DNA of 64,000 bases from Camelus ferus (lineage: Eukaryota), in the NCBI RefSeq assembly GCF_009834535.1, contig NC_045696.1:70868001-70932000 (forward strand). The letters are read 5' to 3'. The notes beneath the pieces are model-generated. The model did not search any database. It was not told the origin of the DNA and saw nothing but the letters and a program-made list of their open reading frames with translations. Below are positions 1 to 12,949 of the stretch, piece after piece (position 1 is the first letter of the stretch; every line of letters starts with the position of its first letter). Position numbers and translations under genes: made by a program.

Positions 1-224
1 ATTCAGAAAATAGAGACAAGCAAAAAATGGAAAATTAATATTATTTGTAATCCCATCTCCTAGGGGAAAATATAGTTAGTGTATTTATTTTGCATCTTTT
101 TTTTCTGTGTGTATGTATGCTTTGTTTGTGCAAGACACACTTTAAAAAAACAGAATGGGGTTCACTCAGATTATTTTCTCTTAACCATAAACCTAAATAT
201 TTCTCATTATCGTACACAATTTCT

Positions 225-560
225 TACACTCCTCTGCTCAGTGTGGTCCTGAGTCAGCAGCACAGGCATCACAGGGGAGCTGGTGAGAAATGCAGGCTCT
301 CGGGCCCCACCTCAGACCTGCTCAGTCAGAATCTTCATCTTTATTTGTTTTTGGATTTTTTTCTTGGGGGGGGTGTAATTAGGTTTCTTTCTTTCTTTAT
401 TATTATTACTTTTTTACTTGAAGTATTGGGGGTTGAACCCAGGACCTCATGCATGCTAAGCATGCACTCTACCATTTGAGCGATACCCTCCCCCCAGAAT
501 CTGCATCTTAATAAGCTCTTCTAGAGGGTCGGCCACATTCAGTTTGAGGACATCAACTGA
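225..560. mobile_element. MER5A-like hAT-Charlie DNA transposon remnant, interrupted by a SINE
   Basis: gcatcacaggggagctggtgagaaatgcaggctctcgggccccacctcagacc...cagaatctgcat matches the recalled MER5A core; it resumes after the SINE. Confidence 0.7.
342..494 (-). mobile_element. tRNA-derived SINE (camelid Vic-1-like)
   Basis: Reverse tRNA-like head (ttgaacccaggacc, gagcgataccctcccc), T-rich tail, TSD cagaatct(t/g)catctt at 327-341 and 495-509. Confidence 0.85.
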
Positions 561-2639
561 CAGCACTGTGTTTAAAGGCCACACAGTCTCCCATAGCATG
601 GCTAAACTGCAGTCTCTTTCACCTCTCGCTGGTGGGGATTTCCCCCATGACAAGAAGCTGACTGCTTCTTGGGCTTCCCAAAGCTGTCCTTGACCTTCGG
701 CACATCTTCCCTCTAGCAGGGTGCTCCTCCTTTGCTGCAGGCCCCCCACCCCTACCCCACACTTCTTCCCACTTCCCAGATGACCTCTTGGCCCATTTGG
801 GTTCACCCTCAGGAGATTCCTGACAGCTGGGAAAGCACTGTCCGTGCGTGTTCTTCATGGGCTGAACACACACTGCCCACCTCTGTCCTTACCTTCCTGC
901 ACCTGGACCCAGGCCTGGAGATGCAGACTCCCCTCAGGTCATGTCCATGTTCTGGGCAGAGCCCTTGACAAAAAGCCAGTGCCCAGGCCCCTCCAGCGGG
1001 CAGTCAAGGCTTGGCAATGCCTCATCCCCTTCAGAAAGTCCTTTCAATCTGCTGCTCCCACAAACCGTCTCACTCCTGTCACCTCCAGCTCAACCTAGCT
1101 TCCCCCCTCAATGCTGTTTGGGACTCCTTCTACTGCCCATCCCAGCCTCCCCCACACCCCCCCCCACACACACCCCCACACCATCTCTGTATCCCATCCC
1201 CAGACCCTCCCTTCCTCAGGTCCCCTCTGATGGAGAAACATCCTCTCAGTCCCTCCTCTCCACCCCACAACGTTCCTCCCCTCGCTTACTGCCCCCATCC
1301 CTAGAAACAGACTCCCACTTACTCACCCTCACTCCTCCCTTTCCAACTTCCTCAATTTTCACCTCTCCCTCAAATTCCAGTCCTGTCCCTGGGAAAGGAA
1401 AACCTCCTCTGGTCCCACCCTGCCTGTGTGTGGTCCGAGGTGGGGTAGGGGGACGTTCCCGGGGGAGGATGCCCTGCGGGGCCGCCCACCCAGCTCACCC
1501 GACCTGAGCACAGTGAATGGAGCCCCTGTGTGCCTGCGCTCTGCGGGCGGGATGTCAACGGCCAGCGTGTCATTGGGTGAAAAGAGGCCCAAGGATGGCT
1601 GTGAGGCAGCCCTGAAAATTATCCCCGACCCACCGGCCCAGGGGTGAGCCAGATGCCACTTGTCAGGCAGGAAAGAATGATAGTGAAAAGTAAACTATGA
1701 CCCCGACGACCTCGCTGGGCTTCCGTGGGGGCTGGGCTTCCCGGGTCAGTGCCACTGTCCTCACAGCGCCCGCTGAACCAAAGTCCCCGGAACCAAAGGC
1801 GGATGCTCTGAGCTTCACCTGCCACCAGCCCACTCCGCGGTTCCGCAGGGAGAGTCCATGGGTCCCGCGGCGCCCGCTACAGTGAAGCTTGCTCGCTCTA
1901 TAAACGTTTGATAAGCAATTGGGGGAGATAGTCTCAAAATAATACAGATCAGCTTCTATTTTTACCAATCAAAATAGTAAGGATTTTTTTTTTTAACGAG
2001 AATATTCAGTGCTGACAGATACTAAGAAACATCGTCCACCATGCTGGGGATGGGAGAGTGAACTGGTCCAACTCTGGCAAAATGTAGTAATACAGAGTAC
2101 TGATCCTTTGAATGCTCATACAGTTCGATACTGTAATTCTACTTGTGAAAATATTTCTGAAGGAATAATCCCAAATATTCCCCAAAGCACGGAAAATTTT
2201 TGTACTGAAAAATAAGAAAGAGCTTATTAAAACTGGAATCAATAGATTGGGAATTAGCTAAGTGTATTAGGATACATCTACAAGATGGAATATTATTATT
2301 AATAATTATTAACACTTAGAGAGTTTTTTAATAATATGAGGAAATGTTCTTAGAAAGAAACAGAAAACAATTTTGTAAATATGGGATAATCCCAAACATA
2401 TAAAATAAGCATAGAAACCTGGAAGAAAACGAATTAAATGGGAGTGGATGATTTTCCCCTTTACTTTTTACTGTTTTATGAATTATTTCAGAGATACCTC
2501 GAGGAACTGAGAATAATTTAGCCAACCACTAAGCATTAGAAATGCAACATTCTTCCTGATGCAGCTGCTCAGGGACCCTCCTTACTCCCCATCCTTACCC
2601 TCACTCCTCAGGCAAACCCTCTATATACTTTTGCTATAC

Positions 2640-5600
2640 ATGAACAAGTTCCTGAACATTATATAATACTGTATTAAATATTTCAAACTTTCTTATATGG
2701 TAAAGTACTGCACGTATACTTCTATGACTTGTTTTCAGTCAACATGATGTTTTGGAGATTTATCCATCCTGATTCATGTTGATAAATCCAGCTCTGGTTC
2801 ACACCATAGATGAGTTAATATTAATAAGGAACTTAGAACAGGGTCTAGCATATTGTGCTACATAAGTTTTGGGGTTTTTTTGATAAATAAAAATGTATTT
2901 TCTCTGCAGTATAATATACTATTGTGTTAATATTAATTGCATTTATTTATCCATTCTCCAACTGATGAAAAATCAGACTGTTTGCATTTTGTCCTAATTA
3001 TAAACAATGCTGCTATGGACATTCTAGTCCATGTCTCTTGTGCACGTGTGAGGGTGTGTGAGCACGTCTAGAAGGCGCACACCTAGGATCGGGGCTGCAG
3101 TGTCGCCAAGGATGCCTAGCTTCAATGTTACTGGTTACGACCAACGGATGAGTATCATGTGTTCCCAACTCTCATCAGCACTGCTATGATCAGATTTGTT
3201 AACCTATTCCCCAATATAATGGGGTTTGTAGTATTTTTTCCTTATGGTTTTAATTTGCATTTCCCTGATAACTGTGAGTTTAGGAGTAAGGTTCATACGT
3301 TTACTGGTTATTTGTATTTTTATTCTGTAAACAATAGTCCATCACCTTTTCCTATTTTTCATTGGCTATTGTAATTTTCTTGTTGATTTTTAAGAGTTCT
3401 TTATATATTTTGGATATTAATCCTTTGTCAGTTGGATGTGTTGCAAATACTATATTCACATCATGGCTTGTCATAACTTTATGTTATTTTAAGGCACAGA
3501 ACATTTAAATGTTAATATAGTCTAATTATCTATTTATTTATAGTTCGTGCTTTGGGTGGCTTAGTTAAAATACTCGTTCGTATTCCAAGGTCATAAGTCT
3601 CCCTATATTTTCTTCTAAAAGTTTTAAAATTTTGTTGTTTTATATTTGGTCTTACATCCACTCAGATATGATTCTTTGTGAAGATAGTTATGGAGAGAAT
3701 CTTCTTTCTCACATGGATAACAATTGTCCTAGAAACATTTTTTCCAGTCATCTACAATGCCAGCTTTGCCTTAAATCAAATTTCCCAAAATTCATTGGTC
3801 TGTTTTTAGGCTCTCTATTTTGTTCCACTGGTCAGCACCTTGCCTATTTTGTTAAGCAATTTATCTGTAATCTTTCCTTGTCAGGACATCAAAGTCTAAT
3901 TCATTAAAAAAAAAAAATAGCTACACAGTAGTTCATCTTTCAGCTCCCTGTTGGTGGACATTAATTTGTTTCCAGTCTTTTGCAATAACAACCAACACTG
4001 CAATCAACATCCTTACACTTATAGGCTTTACACACATACAGGATGGACAGAGACTAATGCATGTGTCTTCACCAAACTGCTCTCTAAAAAGATTGCAACA
4101 GTTTACAATTCCTACAAATGCATGAGAATGCCTGTTTACGTTGCCCTCATTCGTGCTAATATTTTATATTATCAAATTCCTTAATGAAAACACTCATTTT
4201 TCATTTTAACTTGCATTTCCTTATTTATGGGGGAAATAAAACATCTTCTGTCTTTTAGCCATTTGTATCTTTTTTTGCCCTATGCCCACCCATTTTTCTA
4301 TTTTTTCCTTTATTGATTTGTAATAGTTCACTATATATTAAGGAAATTTGTCCCTTATCTGACATATGAATTGCAATTATTTTTCTAACTTGTCATTTAT
4401 TTTTAATTTTGTATTTGGTATTTCTCCATGCAGTCTTTTGTTTTAGTACATTCACACATCCAGTTTTGTTTTGTTTTGTTTGCTTTTTGCCTTCTGAGTT
4501 TTCTCCCTTCCTTAGAAAGACTTTCCCCATTCTATGATTTTTATTTTTAATTTTTTCATCTTTTATTCTAGTACTTTACATGCACTTTGTAGTAAAATAC
4601 ACACATACATTGTTTAGCCTGTCAATTCTACACAAATCTTTGTTGGGATTTTGATTAAAGCAATAGCTTCATAGATTAATTTTGAAAAGTTGACGTCTTT
4701 ATAATACTGAGTCTTCCTATTGATAAACATGGTATATATCTCCACACAGAAAACTAGGACTTATGATCAATATATACACAGAAACAGAATTTATATATGT
4801 GTAGTCAGTACCCTAACTAGGACTCCTCCTCCTGTCCCGTTGTGCCCTTTGTAGATTAAGACCTCCTCCCTCCCCAGTAAAGGGAGAGATTTCTAATTTC
4901 TGTAATTCTTGATTTCTGAAATAAACTGCTAATGTATCCCTAAACAATATAGTTTAGTTTTGCTTTCTGTAAACATTATTCAAATGGAATGATATGATAC
5001 TGTGTGGGGTTTTTTGGGGTTTTTTTGCTTCTATCATTCAGTTTTATGCTTGTGAGATTACTTCCCATTGTTGCAAGTAGCTATGAAAATGACAAATTAG
5101 AGCTACATTTTATATACTGACCTAGCATCCAGCATCCTTCAGTCCACTTATTAAGTAAATATATTTATTTATAATATATGTATATATGTATATATGTCTG
5201 TAGATGATTTCAGATTTTCCACATACACAATTACATTATCTAATTGTATAGGGCACTGAAAGACAATGAAGAATTTAACATTTTTTTGTGTACTTTTTTT
5301 ACACTAGTTTTATTGTTATACATAAATAGTAGCCTTCATTTTAAAAGTCTTTCATATTTTCCAGTCTTTTTTAATGAAGTATTTAATACCTACAAACATA
5401 CACAAATATGAATATATAAGGTATAAAGAATAATAAATATCTGTGTAACTACCAGCCAGCTTAAGAAAAGAAATATTACCTGCATTTTAGGAGTTCCCTA
5501 CATACCCTCTCCTTCTCAAGTAATTTTGATTCTGAATTTTGTGTCTATCATTCTCTTGCCTGTTATTATAATTTTACTTTTACAACATAATAAAATGTTG

Positions 5601-5945
5601 TTACGTTCTATATGTTTTTTGAGGTTTATATAAATGGTACAACATAAAGAAAAATACAAATGTATAGAATACAAATTAATAACAGTTTTATTCCCTCCTT
5701 TTTAGTTGTCTAATTTTTATTTCTTTGTTTTGCTTTATTATACTGGCTAGGACTTCAAATAATATGTTAAACAGAAGTGGCGAAATTGGGTATTTTTGCT
5801 TCATTCCCTATCTTGAGGTAAAAACTTTCAACATTTTACCATTAATTATGATGTTTGCTGTAAGTTTTTTTGTAGGTACCTTTACCATATTAGGGAAGTT
5901 CCCTTCTAGTACTCATTTTCTAAGAGCTTTTTTAAAATCACAACC
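2640..5945 (-). mobile_element. Old fragmented L1 (L1M/L1ME-type) cluster
   Basis: T-rich antisense L1 ORF2/3' motifs, e.g. ttgcatttccctgataact, ggatattaatcctttgtcag, ctggctaggacttcaaataatatgttaaacagaagtgg. Confidence 0.75.
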
Positions 5946-7650
5946 CTAGAACCTAAGGGGCAGAAGGATAACAGCTACAGATACTGAGAGTCACCTAAGA
6001 ATCTTACACCCAGGCAAGAAAGCACTCACCTGTCAGGTAAAAGATAGATGCTAAGACTGCATTGTAATCAAATGAGAAACGAATCTAAATAAACTTCAGC
6101 ATAGGGAAAGAGGAGGAAGGAAGGGAGATACTGAGCAATAATCTTTGCATTATGTATAGTTAAATTTGAATAGATGACAACAAGGTGGTTGACCATGCAT
6201 AATATAAGTGCTAAGTAACAACTCTCTTATCATACAGGAAAAACTTCATAATGGTTATCAACCAAGGACATAAGGCTGTCGGAGAAAAAGCGAAGAGTTT
6301 GGGAAAGGAGAGAAGTATGAAGATGCAAAAATGTTTTAAAGATTTTTTTCTTGTGGGGAGGAGGGGGCACAAGAAGCAAGCAAGCACCTAAGCGGTAAGA
6401 GAGGAGGGCTGTTAGCATGTGTTTGATATAATTGTAAAAAATCTACTTTTGATTAGAAAAACCCAGTAGCACTTCCAAACTAATAAAGAGCAAGGAAGAA
6501 ATAAATAATATTGGAAATAAGCTAGAAAAAAGGGAAAAGATGAAAATTTAAAATAAATATTAAAAATAGAATAAGACAGAAAGAATAAAATCAAGCATAT
6601 CAACTGTGACACTAAATGTGAACAAGCTGAATTTCCACATAAAATATAGAGATTGTCAGATTGGATTGAACAACCAAATCCAAATATATAATGTTTATAG
6701 GAAGCACACCTAAAATGAAGTGATATAGAAAGGTTGACGATTAAAGAAATGCTAAACAAATGTAAACAAAAAGGAAGCAGAAGTGACAACATAGATGTTG
6801 TGAAATTTAAGATAAAAAGTATTAAATAAGGCAGATAATGTGTAATGATAAAAGGCACACTTTAAGAAGGTGTTAGTCATAAACCTCTAAAACTAAACAT
6901 CTTGGCAGCCAAATATATAAGGTAAAAACTACTAGAAATACAAGGAGAATCTCATTTTAAATCACGAATGCATAATTATAGTAAAATATACTAATGTAAA
7001 TCTTTCAAAATCTGACAGATCTAGAAGATAAAAATTTATCCTGGACATAGAGGATCTGAATATTAAATTCAACCAGCTCAGCTTAATACATGTGTATAGA
7101 AATTTGCAACCTACAAATACAAGACCTACTTTTACTTATGTCAAAAAAATTATATACTTATATATTATATTTTATACCATATATATTATGCTGCTATATT
7201 TCTATATAATATATACATATATCCATCATGTACTTGGCCACAAATAAAACTTGAAAAATTTAAAAAAGTGAAGATTTTGTAGGATATATATTTCTGATCA
7301 ATATTTTAGAACACAAATGAATAATAAATGGAAGACCCCCCAACAAACTATTAATTACTTAGAATAAAAATAACCTTTAGATCAGTACATAAATCAAAAT
7401 AGAAACCAAAAACTATCTAGAAATAATGAAACCTTTGTTTTGGTTTGTTAAACCCATATTCGAGGGAAAATTACAGTCTTAAATGCCTTCATTGTTAAAA
7501 TAGATTAAAATTAAAGGGATTAAGAACTCTTAGGAAATTAAAAATGAACAATAAACAACCCAGCCAGAGGAATTAATAAAAGTCGAAGCCAAAGTTAGTG
7601 AAATAGACAAAAATACAGTCAAAAAAAAAATCCCAAATCTACTTTTTGTA

Positions 7651-8218
7651 TTGTGGTAAAATATACCTAATATTTATCATTTTAACTACCCGTAAGTGTA
7701 AAATTCCATGGCATTAAATACATTCATGATGTTGTGTAACCATCAGCACTACCTCTATCCAAAACACTTTCATCATCCTCAACAAAGACTTTGTTCCCAT
7801 TAAACAAATGGTACTCGCTTCTCTTAGCTCCTGGTAACATCTCTTTACAGTCTGTCTCTATGAATTTACCTACTCTAGTTATCTCATATAAAGGGAAAAG
7901 GGAATCATACAGTATTGGTCCTTCTGTGTCTGGTTTATTGGACTAAGCATAATATTTCCAAGACACATCCATGTTGTAGCATATATAAAAATGTTATTTC
8001 TTTTTATGGTTGAATAATATTCTATTGCATGTATAGTGGAAATTTTGTTTATCCACACTTTGGTTATCTGTTAACAGACACGGGTTGTTTCCACCTTTTG
8101 CCGGTTGTGAATAATTCTGCTATGGACATTAGTATACAAGTATCTGAGCCTCTGTTTTCAATTCTTTTGAATGTATACACATAGGCATGGAGTTGCTGGG
8201 TCATATGGTAGTTCTATG
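7651..8218 (-). mobile_element. L1MB-type 3' fragment nested in older L1
   Basis: ttgtggtaaaatatacctaa...ttgctgggtcatatggtagttctatg; flanking direct repeat ccaaatcta(a)ctttttgta at 7633-7650 and 8219-8237. Confidence 0.75.
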
Positions 8219-8363
8219 CCAAATCTAACTTTTTGTAAGATCAATAGATATCTCATGCCCACCATTAGGGACAAAGGACAGAGATCAAATATAAACAATA
8301 GTAGAAATTAAAAAGGGTATATAACTCCAGATACAAAAGAGAGAAAAATATTTATAAGATGAT

Positions 8364-8385
8364 TTTGGGGGGTTGGTAATTAGTT

Positions 8386-8438
<53 letters not shown>

Positions 8439-8534
8439 GAAGAGGTACTAGGGATTGAACCCAGGACCTCAATGCATGCTAAGCATGTGCTCTACAACTT
8501 GAGCTATACCCTCCCCACTATATTCTCTCCCCAG
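8364..8534 (-). mobile_element. tRNA-derived SINE (Vic-1-like) with (TTTA)n tail
   Basis: gggattgaacccaggacc...gagctataccctcccc; TSD ttataagatgat at 8352-8363 and 8535-8546. Confidence 0.85.
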
Positions 8535-10027
8535 TTATAAGATGATATTGTAAACAACTCTGAAATACCACCCCAGAGCTCTTCCTTCTCACTGCCCAGG
8601 TCGAGCTTCAGGAGCCCCTCTCCAGAAGAATCTTCTTTGGCCAGCCGCGGGGCCTTTACGTAGTTACCCTTTATCACTCCTCTGTTTATTTCCTGCAGAG
8701 TAGTTTTTGCAGTCTGTAAAGATCTTGTTTATTCATTTGTTTATTTATTTCTTCGCTGATAGATTTTTTTTTTTACTACAGTCGTTTGGGTACTTTGAGA
8801 TATACAGTCACATCATCTGGAGGTATAGATCACTTTTTTCTGCTGTCAGAATTTGTTCTCATAATTTCATTTCATTTTAATAATGCCATAGGGCCTTTAA
8901 AATAAGGCTAACTAATAACGATCATGGTGAGTATGCCTTCCTTGTGCTTAATATGAATGGAAATAGCTTGAAGGTTTCACTGTTTTAGTAAGACATTTGC
9001 TACTGATCTGGTAAATATTCTTTGCCATATTTAGGAAGCGTCCTTCTGTTTCTATACTGTATTACTTTTACTTTTCCAGTCTCTTCTGGGGTAACTGATC
9101 TATCTGAGGAACAGCAAGAAGGCCATTGTGGCGGCAGCTGGGAGGGAGGGGTGGTGGGAAATAGGATAGGGTATGGTGGGGCCTGCCGGCCAGAGCTAAG
9201 AGACTAATTTTTCCTGTAAGTGCCATGAGAAGACATTGAAGTACTTTGAGTAGGGGAGAAATTTAGCTTTTTAACATCTGATTTATATCTCTATGAGTCG
9301 ATGGATGTTCATTAAACTTATTCTGGTGATCATTTCATGATGTATGTAAGTCAAATCATTGTGGTGTACACCTAAACTTATACAGTGCTGTATGTCAATT
9401 ACATATCAGTAAAACTGGAAGAAAATACATTTAAAAATCTGGTTTATGTTTTTAAAAGAATATTTTGTCTGCTTTGCAGGGAAGAAGGCAAAAGGAGCAA
9501 ATGGAGACCAATTTGAAAGCTACTGCTGTAGCTCAGGTGAGAAATCACCATGGTTTGACTCAGGGAATGGCAGTAGGTGAAGAGGAATGGGTAGAAATGA
9601 GATGTATTTTGGAGCTAGAACTCAGACTGGATGGATGGGATAGGGGTAGTGATGGTTAGCTTTTCCCTGGTACATCTCCACTGAACTTTTGTTCCAAACT
9701 CTTAAGTGTAGTTTTGTTTTAGCTGCGTCTTATAAACAGACAAAGGTAGGTAGGCTGTGGTAGGCTTTTTGTGTGTGGGGGAGGGTTCAAGTAGGGGAAT
9801 TTAATTCATCTGCAGTAATTATGACCTCTGACATACGTTTTCTACTTTTTCTTTTATATTTTTAGTTTCAGGATTTCCCTTTCCCTTGGTATTTTGTTCC
9901 TGATTCTTGACGGACTGCTACAGTTTTCTTGGTTTCTCCTTTTTCAAAGCTCTAATGATTTGGAAGTTTAATACCCTATTTTTAGTCTTCTGGTCTAGTA
10001 ACTGTTCAAAGTCTCAAGAGTCACTTT

Positions 10028-10175
10028 GTTTTTTAAAAATATTTTATTTGTTGTATTTGGGGGGGGGTAGGTAATTAGGTTTGTTTATCTATTCATTTAA
10101 ATGGAGATACTAGGAATTGAACCCAGGACCTCGTGGATGCTAAGCGCGCGCTCTAACCACTGAGCATACCCTGCC
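10028..10175 (-). mobile_element. tRNA-derived SINE (Vic-1-like)
   Basis: ggaattgaacccaggacc head; perfect 13-bp TSD caagagtcacttt at 10015-10027 and 10176-10188. Confidence 0.88.
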
Positions 10176-10429
10176 CAAGAGTCACTTTAAGTATTAACTT
10201 TCCCCTCTGTCCATCTCCCCATCCCCCATCCTTTTCCCTTTCTTCAGTTTCCTCATGAACCTCTGTGATCGCTTTGAGTCTCTTTAAGCAGTGAGTTTCC
10301 ACAGGAATATGTGACGCTGCATGACACATACATATTCACTCCTCCCTTCTTGTCTGTCAAAGAGAATGAAGGCCTCAAAGGAGTGGACACAGGAGGCTTC
10401 CCTGCCTTCCCAAGTGGGAGCTGACTCAC

Positions 10430-11050
10430 ACCTGGCTCATCACGAGGATTGCACGATTCACTGCCCCGCCCCACCCAAGTCCCAGCTACCTGTCCACACG
10501 GTGTCCGGCCTACCCGGCGCCCCGCTCTCCGCAGGCTGGGGGTGGGCGGAACACCCACAGGTTCCCGCATTCGGGGTCGGTACCTCGGCGCAGAGTAGCA
10601 GGACCTCGGGAAGTTCAGAGATCACCCACTGGAGGGCAGTGGCGCGCTTCCCAGAAGAGGCCGCCGGAAGGCTTTCTGTTCGCCGGGCTCCAGAATCCCA
10701 CCATCACTTACACTGGTTTTGCACCTGGTGCGGGAGATGCAGGGTAAAAGAACCCACAGACACCCTACCCCATCCCCGTCCCCAGAGCCCCGCCAAGGCT
10801 GGAGAGGAAGCTGAGTCCAGGCACGCTCTCAAACATACATACGCGCGAATGGAGACCAGAGCGGAGGAGGCGGGGTCGGGGGCAGACCCCAAGAAGAAGC
10901 AGGGTTAGGGATCAAATCGAGAGCACGCGGGGGTTCGTAACGTGGACGGCAGCAGGGGTACCTAGTCCAGTTTTGACCAAAAATTCCTCTCACCCCAATC
11001 CCAAAGCAGTTCTCCCATTGTTCCACCATGCGTAATCCCCGTCGTTAGAA
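10430..11050. promoter_or_regulatory. CpG-rich, GC-box-containing promoter-like region with no associated gene in the window
   Basis: Locally dense CpG; GC boxes gccccgcccc (about 10463) and gaggcggggtcgggg (about 10867); ETS-like ccggaag (about 10664); cgcgcg. Confidence 0.45.
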
Positions 11051-12949
11051 TCACTCCATTTATTTCCGAAGATCCTTGTCAAATGCATATGTGTTAATCG
11101 CTGTTACTCAGGGACAATTCATTAATCCCTTGGGACTCAATGGCATTTTGGCACAGATCAATTTTGCACTGAAGTAGGATTAGGGTGGGGAGATCGTTGG
11201 ACTGTAGGTCATTGGGGATGTTGTTAATTACCTAAAGGGCTACAATAACGATTGTTTATTCACTGTTCCTTGCCAGGCAGCAGAGAACTTTGTCAGATTA
11301 TCCCTTCTAATAAAACAGCATCTTGAGATCACTTGGTCTGCTGGGTTTCTCCACTGTAAAGTCACTGCTTTTCCCTTTGTAGTTAATGAATATTTGGCAC
11401 AAGATACTTTGAGACCCTGCAATATTCTGTTTCTCCTCAAACCTCCCCCTATTCTCAGTGCCCTTGGATTGCCCCTGGGACACCTCTTCCCTGGCACTGA
11501 TGGGTTTTGCTCTTGGCTCACCGTCTTCACCCCATCCTGCCATCTACCTGAGTAAATCACTGTATTTGCATCTCCCACCCCTTCAACTTCCATTCTCTGC
11601 TTAATGCCGTTCACCCTGCACCTGGTTGGCACTTCCATGTGTTTGTGACTTCCAGGCTCCTGGAGCCCTCTGCGGGCCTCTTCTTCCATTTAACTCTGCT
11701 CCTTTCCTCTCCGTCCCACTCAGTGGATTCTTCCTTGGTAGCCACTCCTCTGTTAAATTCCCACATCCTGCAAACTCTACAAATAATGTCTCTTACCATT
11801 TTCTTGGGAATAACTAAGTCTGGATCCTGAACTACGTTGTTGGGCTGCACCCCGCAGACCTACAAGCTCTGTGCTTGCCCAGCTTCAAGATCGAAGAAGG
11901 AGCCCGGAGTGGGCAAGAGGGACATCAGCGGTTTAACGGATGGGGGAGCTTACACGTCTGAAGCAAGGTCCTGGAGCGACACCCCAACACATGTGGGCAG
12001 GTGGCAGGGCAGGACAGGGCAACAGTCTTCACTCTTTCCCAAGGGCAGGGGGAGGTTACCAGTTAGAGGGGGAATTGACGTCAGGTTGGCTCATCGGATA
12101 CCAGGGAAACTAGCAGAGGGCAAGCCCTTCACCGCCCCTTTGATAAGCTATCAGGTGGAGATGTTCTCATCTAAGTTAGAACAATCATTAGCTGGGGCCT
12201 GAGGCAAGTATGCAGGAAGGTCATTCGGGTGAGGAGGGTGTAGGTGAAACAGGTGCTGGCCAAGCAGGGGAAGTACAGAGAGAAAGAGAACAGCCATCTT
12301 GGGTGGCCTGACCATATATACTTTAAGTTCTTCATCTTTTCTCTATATTCTCTAAACATCTCCTCTACCACAAGCATCCTTTTCATCTTCCATCCAATCT
12401 CAAACAGATAGGAGACCTCCTGGCAGAGCAGAAAGAACACCAGTTTGGGGATAAGTCAGATCTGATCAGTGCCACCAGCTATACAGCCACTTTTTTCCCC
12501 CTTTGGACATTCTGAGCATCAGTGAACATATCAGGGATGTCTGGATAGAAATACTGATTGTTAAAGATTTTAAGAATTAATATTGAGGTGTGATAAGTTC
12601 TTGAAACAGACTCAGACATGTAATGCTCAATAAATGGCAGCTACTGTAACTATCCATAGTGGGGGTCCCATCTAAACGCTTCATGCATTACCTCTCTTCT
12701 CTCCTGTGTCTTCAACCTCTCACTCTCAGCTGGTTTCTTCCCTCGGCTTATGAACAAGGTCAAACCTTTCTCATGTTTAAAAACAAGCAAACAAAATAAA
12801 TAAATAAAAACAAAACCAAAATCTCTTCTGTTAAAAAAAAAAAAATCCACTGGCTCCCTAAGGTCCTTTCGCACCTTGTCAGGAAGAGAGAACTTCCTCA
12901 GAAGGGAATGAACCCTCGGTTTAACCAATGCCTGGCTCTCCGAGATTCC

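Larger units (their letters stand above)
5950..8570 (+). mobile_element. Old L1M fragment (endonuclease-region remnants) with nested younger insertions
   Basis: A-rich sense L1 text such as agagattgtcagattggatt and gaagcacacctaaaa; no intact ORF. Confidence 0.65.

Noticed and set aside
420..495. tRNA genes suggested by A/B-box motifs (also near 8450, 10110, 32915, 51825, 60900)
   Set aside because: Each is the head of a SINE with an A/T-rich tail and mostly a TSD, not a stand-alone tRNA
941..1507. 188-aa Pro/Ser-rich ORF
   Set aside because: Product of C-rich low-complexity DNA that lacks stop codons; no recognisable domain
10321..10908. 195-aa ORF over the CpG-rich patch
   Set aside because: GC-rich stop-poor sequence, no codon bias or family resemblance I can see
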